Assembly (NCBI GenBank): GCA_018715325.1
Contig: DVLV01000098.1
Location: forward strand, 2,189-66,188
Origin: Candidatus Stercorousia faecigallinarum
Lineage (GTDB): Bacteria; Cyanobacteriota; Vampirovibrionia; Gastranaerophilales; Gastranaerophilaceae
Length of the DNA: 64,000 nucleotides
Direction of reading: 5' to 3'
Under the pieces are notes generated by a model. It was given only the letters and a program-made list of their open reading frames with translations. It searched no databases and was not told the DNA's origin. Shown here one piece after another: positions 55,292 to 64,000 of this stretch. Made by a program: the position numbers and the translations under genes. Every line of letters begins with the position of its first letter. Position 1 is the first letter of the stretch.

Positions 55292-58200
55292 TTATTTGCT
55301 CAGTAAGGCAAGCTTGCTGCCTGCATTATGTTTTTCTTTATTCACCTGCGAATAAGGGTTTGAAACTATGTTATATTGAGGGTTATACATAACCCTTTTC
55401 CCGGTGAAGCTAGGTTGGTGATAAAGAATTAAAGTTGCATCTTTAAATTTAATAGGAGCATTATTAGGACCTGTTATCTGATTTTGTTCATTTACACTAT
55501 ATATTGTTTTATCATTTTGATCAGCATTTCTGAATTGCATACCTGATCTTAAACCGCCTCTCAAGCCGACTTTACCGCCGCGGTCGTCATTAAGGTCGAT
55601 GCATTCCAGCGTTAATTCGGCTGCATCATAGTATTTATCAAAAGTATGATTTAAGCCTGCTGTATTAAATACAGATACAGTCATTGCACCGTTAGGACTT
55701 TGTCTTAGAAGCGCAGAAACTTGAGTATCGCCTTCTTCTGTGTGGTCAAAGTTTTCAGGTATTTTGTTAGTATCGTCTTTGTAAACATCATATTTAAAAT
55801 GAGCGTTTTGTTCTTTAAGCGCAAAAGGCGTACCATCGTTTAAAGGTTGAAGTTCAGTTTTTGAACGTAAGGCTAATGCCTTCATCATATCTTCTTTATG
55901 TCTTTTTACGAAAGGTTTGAACTCGGGGCTGTTCGGATCTGCCCATTCTTCATGGATTACGTTGCGGTTCTGCAGACAAATCTTTTTAGTTTTTGTTTCG
56001 TAACCAGTTGCACCGTATTCATCACCTGCAAATAATGTCGGGTTTCCTAATAATGCAACAAGGAATTTTGTCTGTCCGAGAAGTTTTGACATTGCAGGGT
56101 CTATTATTCTTTCAAGAGTTTTATCTTTAAGTTTTTTTCTTTCATCATCGTTTAAGCGTTTACCCGGTTCAGGTTCGAGATAGCTCATTTCATCAAAAAC
56201 AATATCTAATGCAATATTGTAGTCCTTAGTACCGAAGCCGTCAGCTTCAATAAGCTTATCTTTATATTTTCCGTTAGAAAGGTTTTTTAACGCTTCAATC
56301 ATTTTGTCATAAACATATTTTTTTCTGTTTTCGCTCAGCCCGATTTCTTCTTTGGCTTTTCCCATACCGCTTGCAATTGCTTCGGATTTGGCAATCGCAA
56401 GATTACTTACTTTATTGTAGTTATAATTATCAATTGAATCATAATTTACATTTTCACCGTATTTAATTCCGTTGAGAATTCTGTATGCCCTTTCACGGTA
56501 TGGATTTCCCTTTTCGGTTAAATCAGTGTAAACCAAATCCATATCCATTGAAAAACCATCTAACGCACGGCATTTATCATGGTTGCCGGCAAAAGTATAA
56601 GAATAAATTAATGATTCGAGAGAACCTGAATTTAAGAAGTTTTCACCGCCGGCTAATTTATCAAGAATTGTTTTTCCCTGGTCATATCCTTTTTCAGGAC
56701 TGTATTTCCCGTCAAAATCAAATAATTTTCCGAAAATTTTAGTTAAATCTGATGAGAAGTAATCATAATTTGCAGTAGTTGTAAATCCTGCTTCATTAAG
56801 CAGCTTTCTCATAGCTTCGGTTTTGTCTGCAAATCTGTCGCCCGATTTTTTACCGTATCCGTCAGTATAAATATCACCCAAATCTGTTACTTCTGCTGCA
56901 ATATATGCATCAGGGTGTGATTCTTTTACAGCATCAGTAAATTTTGACCAAAATTCTATAACTTTATTCCATGTATATTCAAAATCAGTCTTTTTATTTC
57001 TCAGAGATTCGATATCGCCTATATCTTTGGTTGCATCAATTCTCCAATCCAAACCTGCTTGAGTTCTGTCAACAATCATTTCTGCAAGCTTGAAACTTTC
57101 AAGATTTGTTCCTTTTATAGATCTTAATAAAGCACTTGCAAGTTTTTCTTTATCGGAAGCATGTATATTTTTGATACCTCTTCTTAAATGATTTATAAGA
57201 GAAACCGCTTCATCTTCAGGGCAGTCTGCAATAATTCCCATACCCAATAAAGATGTGCGTTTCAATGAATTATAATCATAAGCCAGTTCGCCTGTTTCTT
57301 TATCATAGCTGAATGTTGCTTTCGGATCCACGGCTTTAATAACTGCAAATCTTGCAATTTCTGAAGTTAACAGTGGTATAACATATTTACCGTAAGGCGT
57401 AGCATTTCCGTACTGGTCATGAAGTTTGGTATTGGCAGGGAGTTTTGATTCAACGGCTTGCAGGATTTCTTTTGCAAATGAATACATTTCTTTTGTATAC
57501 ATTTTATCAGTTAATTCGTAAGCATCTTTATATTCATTTCTTAAATGCATGTTTCCGTGTTGATACATTTCGTATCTCGAAACCCCGATTTGGTCGTCTT
57601 TGGTTGCTCTTTTGGAAATATAAGGAGAACCAAGTGCGGAAATAATATCATCACCCACTTCAATAGAATCAAGAGGTACATCCATTAATCCCATAACAAT
57701 ATGGTCATTGTATGATTCAACCGATTGTGCTCCGAATAATTCATATGAGTCATCTAATACGTTTTCCACGATATTTTGGGTAACATCTAAGTCTTTCGGG
57801 AATACTTTGCCGTTAGACTGTTCTTTAATTCGTTTATAAATTCCCTCGGCATCTAAGCTGTTGATGTTTCTCAAATGTTGTGCTGCATTTAGATTTAATA
57901 TCTGGTTTGTTTTCTTTGTCCAGTACTGTGCTGATGAAACGGCATAATCCTGAACTTCCATATTTTTACGCTGCATTAAAGCTGTTTTTGCTGCTCTTTC
58001 TCTCGGATCTGTAATACTTTTTAACGCCTGCGTATCTGTATGTGAGAAAACATAATTTAACTTTGCAATATCAGGATTTGCATCCCATGTATAAAAACCG
58101 CTTTCATGTTTTCCGTCCAGCCCGAAGTATTCAAATTGAGTTACTGATTTTGTTCCGATACCGCTTTTAAGTTTAATACGTTTATACTCCGGCACGCTCT

Positions 58201-59482
58201 TATTATATTCGTTAAGCGTTTCAACATTCTTTTTATATGTTTCGGGGTTAATTCTGAAACTGTAAGGTGCAACAGTATCATTGTGGTTATTTATATCAAG
58301 GTAGTTTTTGTCGAATTTTTCATAAGCTTTAATCAAATCTCTGCTGCTCAATTTATCGGCATAAACCAGTCTGTTATCATAAATCTGAATATAAGTAGGT
58401 TTATTGGAGTCATATTCTCCTCTGTTTGGTTTAATGCTGACAGTCCCGTCTTCATTTTGGATAAACTTATAAGGAGAGTTAACAAGTCTGTGAGTAACAT
58501 GTTCCGTATCTTTGCCGAATACGCCGAGACTAAGAGGGCTGTCTTTCAGACCTGTAATTCTAAACCAGTTGAAGTAAGGAGATTGTTCTCCCCATTTCAA
58601 TATATGTTGGAAGTGCGTACCTTCCAGACCTTCGTTAACATATGCTCCATCAGAAACCATATTCATACCTTTGGCAAACATTTTTCTCTGGATGGCTGCA
58701 TAATTGTTAATATTACCTAAACTGTGCGCCATCTGGAAGCAGTTTTTATTCCAATAAGCATGGGCTGTTAAGCTGTCATCCGTAAATAACGGAAGTGTAA
58801 TAATTCTTGTAAAATTATCCAGTTCTCCGTTATCCAGTGACTTTTCAATACCGGCAAGAGAGCCGCCGATTTTATTGGCAAAGTTCTTTGATGAACTCAT
58901 CAGCTTAACTATTTCATCGGGGTCTTTCATTACAACTTTGTTATTATCATCATATTTCCATATAACGTTATGGCAGTCAGGTATGATTAATTTCATAGCT
59001 CCGCCTTTAGAAACGGTTGGCTGTCTGTCAGTTATAATATTGTAAACATCATAAGCATTATGAGTTGTTATTGATTCGTTAATCACATTTCCAGGGTCAA
59101 GTACGTAAATAGGAGGTGCGCTGTGATTGTTTTTCGGATAAAGTTTGTAATGATATGCAAACGGCTCGTCCGGTGCAATATCGAAATCTCCGGATAAATC
59201 TACTTTTGTTGCTTTTCCGCTTTCAAGTTTAATACCGCGTTCTTTATTTTCAGAATCATCATTCATTGTGTCAATTTTTTCAAGAATGCCTGTTGTGTAA
59301 TAGTTTTTGTTATCATCCTGTTCAACGGAATATAGTTCAAGAAAACAGTCATATTTACTGTCGTCAAAAACATAGTTAAACTCGTATTCTTTGTCTCCGT
59401 ATTGCGATTTTACCGGCTTGTAGCCTTCAAACTTAATGTTATTTTTTACATTCGGTTGATTTAAATTTAAACTGACTTTCAC
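55292..59482 (-). CDS. giant divergent GH13-like alpha-glucan-active enzyme carrying the recurrent N-terminal motif
   Basis: Candidate GH13 conserved regions appear in the expected order: I MVSDGAYVNEG, II GLDWRIDATKD, III YIAAEVTD, IV YTFAGNHDKCR. About 500 aa are inserted between regions I and II. The N-terminus is MKVSLNLNQPNVKNNIKFEG. Confidence 0.5.
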   Translation of the reverse strand: MKVSLNLNQPNVKNNIKFEGYKPVKSQYGDKEYEFNYVFDDSKYDCFLELYSVEQDDNKNYYTTGILEKIDTMNDDSENKERGIKLESGKATKVDLSGDFDIAPDEPFAYHYKLYPKNNHSAPPIYVLDPGNVINESITTHNAYDVYNIITDRQPTVSKGGAMKLIIPDCHNVIWKYDDNNKVVMKDPDEIVKLMSSSKNFANKIGGSLAGIEKSLDNGELDNFTRIITLPLFTDDSLTAHAYWNKNCFQMAHSLGNINNYAAIQRKMFAKGMNMVSDGAYVNEGLEGTHFQHILKWGEQSPYFNWFRITGLKDSPLSLGVFGKDTEHVTHRLVNSPYKFIQNEDGTVSIKPNRGEYDSNKPTYIQIYDNRLVYADKLSSRDLIKAYEKFDKNYLDINNHNDTVAPYSFRINPETYKKNVETLNEYNKSVPEYKRIKLKSGIGTKSVTQFEYFGLDGKHESGFYTWDANPDIAKLNYVFSHTDTQALKSITDPRERAAKTALMQRKNMEVQDYAVSSAQYWTKKTNQILNLNAAQHLRNINSLDAEGIYKRIKEQSNGKVFPKDLDVTQNIVENVLDDSYELFGAQSVESYNDHIVMGLMDVPLDSIEVGDDIISALGSPYISKRATKDDQIGVSRYEMYQHGNMHLRNEYKDAYELTDKMYTKEMYSFAKEILQAVESKLPANTKLHDQYGNATPYGKYVIPLLTSEIARFAVIKAVDPKATFSYDKETGELAYDYNSLKRTSLLGMGIIADCPEDEAVSLINHLRRGIKNIHASDKEKLASALLRSIKGTNLESFKLAEMIVDRTQAGLDWRIDATKDIGDIESLRNKKTDFEYTWNKVIEFWSKFTDAVKESHPDAYIAAEVTDLGDIYTDGYGKKSGDRFADKTEAMRKLLNEAGFTTTANYDYFSSDLTKIFGKLFDFDGKYSPEKGYDQGKTILDKLAGGENFLNSGSLESLIYSYTFAGNHDKCRALDGFSMDMDLVYTDLTEKGNPYRERAYRILNGIKYGENVNYDSIDNYNYNKVSNLAIAKSEAIASGMGKAKEEIGLSENRKKYVYDKMIEALKNLSNGKYKDKLIEADGFGTKDYNIALDIVFDEMSYLEPEPGKRLNDDERKKLKDKTLERIIDPAMSKLLGQTKFLVALLGNPTLFAGDEYGATGYETKTKKICLQNRNVIHEEWADPNSPEFKPFVKRHKEDMMKALALRSKTELQPLNDGTPFALKEQNAHFKYDVYKDDTNKIPENFDHTEEGDTQVSALLRQSPNGAMTVSVFNTAGLNHTFDKYYDAAELTLECIDLNDDRGGKVGLRGGLRSGMQFRNADQNDKTIYSVNEQNQITGPNNAPIKFKDATLILYHQPSFTGKRVMYNPQYNIVSNPYSQVNKEKHNAGSKLALLSK

Positions 59483-59624
59483 GCGAAAACTCCTTACTAC
59501 TAAAGTTATAACTCAAGTAAAGAAAAATTTTTGACATAATATATTATATTATTAAGAAATTTTTACAATAAAAGATTTAAAATATATTTCTTGTTATAAT
59601 TCAGCTTGAAAAGGAGAAAATTAA

Positions 59625-60893
<1,269 letters not shown>

Positions 60894-60896
60894 TTT

Positions 60897-61775
60897 CTAA
60901 AATATATATGAAAGAAGTACCGTTGAGATTAACTTAACGGTATTTCTTATTCCGATTTTGTTTCTTTCTTCCCACAAAAATTTGATTGTTTCAGGGCGTA
61001 TTTTCAAATTGTTTTGTATATTAACCTTTGTAATATAATCGCTGTGCAGTCTTTTATCCCCCGTTACAAGAGAGCAGTTTCCCGCGTTATTTTTGTGGCG
61101 TCTGTAACCGATTAGAGGTTTAAAGATTATTGCAGAACCGCCGATTAAATTTGCAAAATTAAACAAAAACTTGTCGGGACAAATTTTCCACTTATGCGTA
61201 TTTTTGTAATTACAAATAAGTTCAATTGATGCTTTTCTAAACATTGCAGAACTGTTTGGAGCCCAGTACCAGCCGCCGAAACGCTTATGCTTTAATAATT
61301 TAAGATTAATTTATTCAGAAGCAAATAAGCTGTCGAGATTATCACAATGGGGGCAGGCATTTGAATTCAATGTATGAACTTCATCATTTTCTCCTATTTC
61401 AACAATTTGGCATGACGTTAAGGCAACTGATGTTTCCATATGAACCTTTATATGACTTTGAGCGTATTCGGGGAGTAAAATATCATCACTGTCAATGAAA
61501 CTTATAAATTGTCCCTTCGCATTTTCAAGCCCTCTAATCATTGAGGCAAGCTGTCCCTGATTTGTTTCATTTTTAATAAGAGTAATTTTCAAATCCTGAT
61601 TATCAGAAATAAAATCTTCGATTATTTCGCATGAATTGTCGCTTGAGCAGTCATCGACAACTATAATCTCAAAATTTTTGTATGTTTGAGCCTTAATACT
61701 CTCGAGCGTTTTTAAAATATATTTTTCGTAATTATAAGAGGTTACAATAAATGTAACAAGCGGAAGCTTAAGCAT
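60897..61775 (-). pseudogene. family 2 glycosyltransferase interrupted by a single in-frame TAA (61311-61313)
   Basis: ORF 61311..61775 carries the GT2 N-terminal half (FIVTSYNYEKY...IIVVDDCSSDNS...FIDSDD). Hand translation shows that ORF 60897..61244 is in the same frame and stays open back to that stop (...ASE*INLKLLKHKRFGGWYWAPNSSAMFRKA...). Confidence 0.65.
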
Positions 61776-62838
61776 TTTTGTTTTCCTTTTCAGCTAAAAG
61801 TCTTTCCATTTTTTTGTTATGCATAACGGAAGAAATAAAAGCAAGAACAATAAATCCTAAACCTATTCCGCCTGTTACTGCTTCGGGAATTTCTTTTACC
61901 GTGGAAACAAGCATTAAACAGGCTAAAGCTCCGATTGCCCAGTGAGCACCATGTTCAAGATATAAAAATTGTTTTAAAGTCTTTTTTTCAACGAGCATAA
62001 TTGTTAAAGAACGTACAAACATTGCACCGATGGCAAGTCCTATTGAGATAATTATAATGTCCTTGCTTAACGCAAATGCGCCGAGTACTCCGTCTAAAGA
62101 GAATGATGCATCTATTAATTCCAAATAAAGAAAGCTTATCAACCCTGTGCAGCCTGCATTTTTTGCCGCACAGCTTGCAAGCCGCATTTCTTCATGTTTT
62201 TCAAGGTAATGAGTAAATCCGTCAATTGCAAGATATGTAATTATACCAGAAATTCCCGCAATCATAACATGAAGTTTTTGCTCGGCGGGAACAAAGTTTT
62301 GTGTGGCAAGAAGCATTAAAAGTGAAATAATAATTTCAATTCCTTTTATATGATCAAAATGCGATAACCAGTATTCAACAGGTCTTATCCAGTGAACCTC
62401 TTTTTTGTGATCGAAAAAGTAGTTTAAGAAAAGCATAATCAAAAACATTCCGCCGAAAGTTACAATCGGAGCGTGTGTCTGATGAAGATAATATGCGTAT
62501 TTATCGGCATTTGTCAGAGCAATGTTTGCGACTTCAACCATTTTTAATTTTGCAAAAATTGAAACAACCAAAATCGGGAATAGAAAACGCATACCGAAAA
62601 CAGCTATAATAATTCCCCACGTCAAAAATCTGTGGCGCCATTTATGGCTCATCTTTTCAAGTTTCATTGCGTTAACAACGGCATTATCAAATGACAGACT
62701 TACCTCTAATATTCCTAGAACTATTGCAATAAAAACGCAGGTAAGCCCTGTTCCGTTATGAACATGCTCTCCCCAGAAATATGCACCTATAAGTCCCGCT
62801 ATAGTAACTATATATGAACCTAAAAAATACTCTAACAT
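61768..62838 (-). CDS. TerC/DUF475-family integral membrane protein
   Basis: Multi-pass protein with SLSFDNAVVN and ELIDASFSLDG motifs. The ATG at 62838 (MLEYF) follows AAGGAG-N6. Confidence 0.7.
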   Translation of the reverse strand: MLEYFLGSYIVTIAGLIGAYFWGEHVHNGTGLTCVFIAIVLGILEVSLSFDNAVVNAMKLEKMSHKWRHRFLTWGIIIAVFGMRFLFPILVVSIFAKLKMVEVANIALTNADKYAYYLHQTHAPIVTFGGMFLIMLFLNYFFDHKKEVHWIRPVEYWLSHFDHIKGIEIIISLLMLLATQNFVPAEQKLHVMIAGISGIITYLAIDGFTHYLEKHEEMRLASCAAKNAGCTGLISFLYLELIDASFSLDGVLGAFALSKDIIIISIGLAIGAMFVRSLTIMLVEKKTLKQFLYLEHGAHWAIGALACLMLVSTVKEIPEAVTGGIGLGFIVLAFISSVMHNKKMERLLAEKENKNA

Positions 62839-62972
62839 TGTTTTCTCCTTATTTAACAGCTTAATTATACTTAAAAACTCAATATGTGCAATCATTCAAT
62901 ATTTGTATTACTTGAAATTTTAAGAGAAATCTTTTATAATAAATATGTTAGTTATATAAAGGAGCTAGTTAT

Positions 62973-64000
62973 ATGAAGAAGATTATTAATCGCATGTTTT
63001 GCGGGGGGGGGGCAGCCTAAAAGCTCCTGTATCAAGGTTTTTAGCTTATACGTTAGCAGAAATAATTGTAGTAATGTTAATTATTGCAGTTATTGTAGCT
63101 GTAACAATCGGTATAACGAAAGCCAAATTTGATAACATAGTATCTTATACATATTACAACGCCTATTCTTCTCTACGTAAGATTTCAACGGAAATGTTAG
63201 CTGACTGGGATCCACAAGATCCGGAATATAAACAAGCTTTAAATCCTGAAGAAAATTTCAGTATTAAATTAAAGTTGGCAAATATAAAGAATAATTTAAT
63301 CAGTGTATATAAAGATTTGTGGTTTCAACCTGCTAAAGCATTTACTGATTGTTCTGTTTATTATTGGTATACACCATCGGAGTGTAGAGCTCATGGGTAT
63401 ACATGGTGCGGTCTTTTAACTACTGATGGCAATACACCCCCGCAAGCTAACATGTGTAAACAGGGAGTTTCTTGCTGTCGTAATAGTGGCGGCGGCAACC
63501 GTCCAGGCGGCGGTTCCGGCGGCGGCAGTACTTGTAATAAGAGTTGCGGCAGCGGCTACACGTTAGATAAGAATAGTTGTACCTGTAAATGTAGCCGCAG
63601 TTGCGGGAGCGGTTATAAGCTGAACAGTTCGAGCTGTAGTTGTGAGAAATTACCTTGTACTAATAAGCCGAGTAAAATTCCTTGCGGTCAAAGTTGGAAT
63701 GAAAGTACATGCAGTTTGACAGGGAGTGTAAAAACCTGCGGTTCCGGCTACAGTTTAGACGGTAACTGTAATTGTGTCTGTACCCGCACTTGCGGCACAG
63801 GTTATAAATTAAACAGCAGTAGTTGTAGTTGTGTAGCGTTGCATAAGTGTTGGGACAATAGTTATGTTGACAACAGTTCTGATTGCCCAGGTTATGTTAC
63901 CTGTTGGAATGGCACTAAGGCGTATAACTGGGGAGAGTGTCCGCCTTGTCCCAATAAACCTGATAAAATCCCTTGCGGTCAGGGTTGGGATGAACACACC
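62973..64000 (+). CDS. phase-variable prepilin-type protein with Cys-rich tandem-repeat C-terminal region (pilin-like paralogue 7); partial, runs off the window; out of frame at G10
   Basis: AAAGGAG-N9-ATG at 62973. With G10 the frame stops at 63018-63020. With G11 it reads MKKIINRMFCGGGGSLKAPVSRFLA|YTLAEIIVVMLIIAVIVAV... I hand-translated the frame starting at 63044 and it stays open to 64000. Absent from the ORF track because there is no in-window stop and no in-frame start. Confidence 0.65.
63003..63012 (+). repeat. homopolymer G10 between the start codon and the prepilin motif
   Basis: Counted directly: tttt gc gggggggggg cagcc. Confidence 0.95.
63536..64000 (+). repeat. in-frame coding tandem repeats (CG[ST]GY-x-L-x3-5-C-x-C units and NKP[SD]KIPCGQ[SG]W[ND]E units)
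   Basis: Units read from the translation: CGSGYTLDKNSCTCKC, CGSGYKLNSSSCSCEK, CGSGYSLDGNCNCVC and CGTGYKLNSSSCSCVA. NKPSKIPCGQSWNE and NKPDKIPCGQGWDE also repeat, which suggests a super-repeat of about 80 aa. Confidence 0.8.

Noticed and set aside
63809-63997. Minus-strand ORF 63809..63997 from the track
   Set aside because: It is antisense to the long open plus-strand frame encoding the Cys-rich repeat pilin. The plus frame has recognisable domain logic and the minus one does not.

Overview
AT-rich chromosomal segment (roughly one-third GC by eye, not computed). It comes from a diderm bacterium, since a bamA-skp pair is present. Coding density is high, and I found no rRNA, tRNA or CRISPR array. 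The taxonomic guess is weak: the RpaB-like OmpR regulator, the glycogen enzymes and the large prepilin-like family suggest a low-GC, non-photosynthetic cyanobacterial relative or a similar gut lineage. This cannot be verified here.

Content:
(1) Housekeeping genes: ADP-forming acetyl-CoA synthetase, malQ, udp, skp, bamA, rsmI, era, speD, rpsP, zupT, secA, ychF, an aldehyde dehydrogenase, ahcY, two radical SAM proteins and an orphan OmpR-type response regulator.
(2) Seven paralogous prepilin-type (class III signal, G|FTLAE) genes. Three are paired divergently with small XRE-family HTH genes. Four carry a G10/C10 homopolymer between an SD-linked ATG and the prepilin motif. All four are out of frame as assembled and would be restored by +1 nt, which makes them a candidate multi-locus phase-variable pilin repertoire. 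The last one encodes a Cys-rich tandem-repeat pilin that runs off the window.
(3) A compact phage-like island of about 11-12 kb (about 34.7-46.4 kb). It has an amidase, a capsid gene, small and large terminase subunits and a portal gene, plus cargo (GNAT, secreted protein, lipase-like). I saw no integrase, replication or obvious tail-fibre genes.
(4) Two scattered flagellar/T3SS-type export components without their usual neighbours. One is a soluble FlhA C-terminal-domain protein that lacks the FHIPEP membrane domain. The other is an isolated FliI/YscN-type ATPase.
(5) Other oddities: a recurrent N-terminal motif on at least 8 otherwise unrelated proteins, a Met-run mini-ORF with terminator/antiterminator geometry, candidate leaderless genes, a GT2 gene interrupted by one in-frame TAA, and a giant divergent GH13-like protein.

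All functional calls rest on motif recognition by eye in the supplied translations. No database searches were run.
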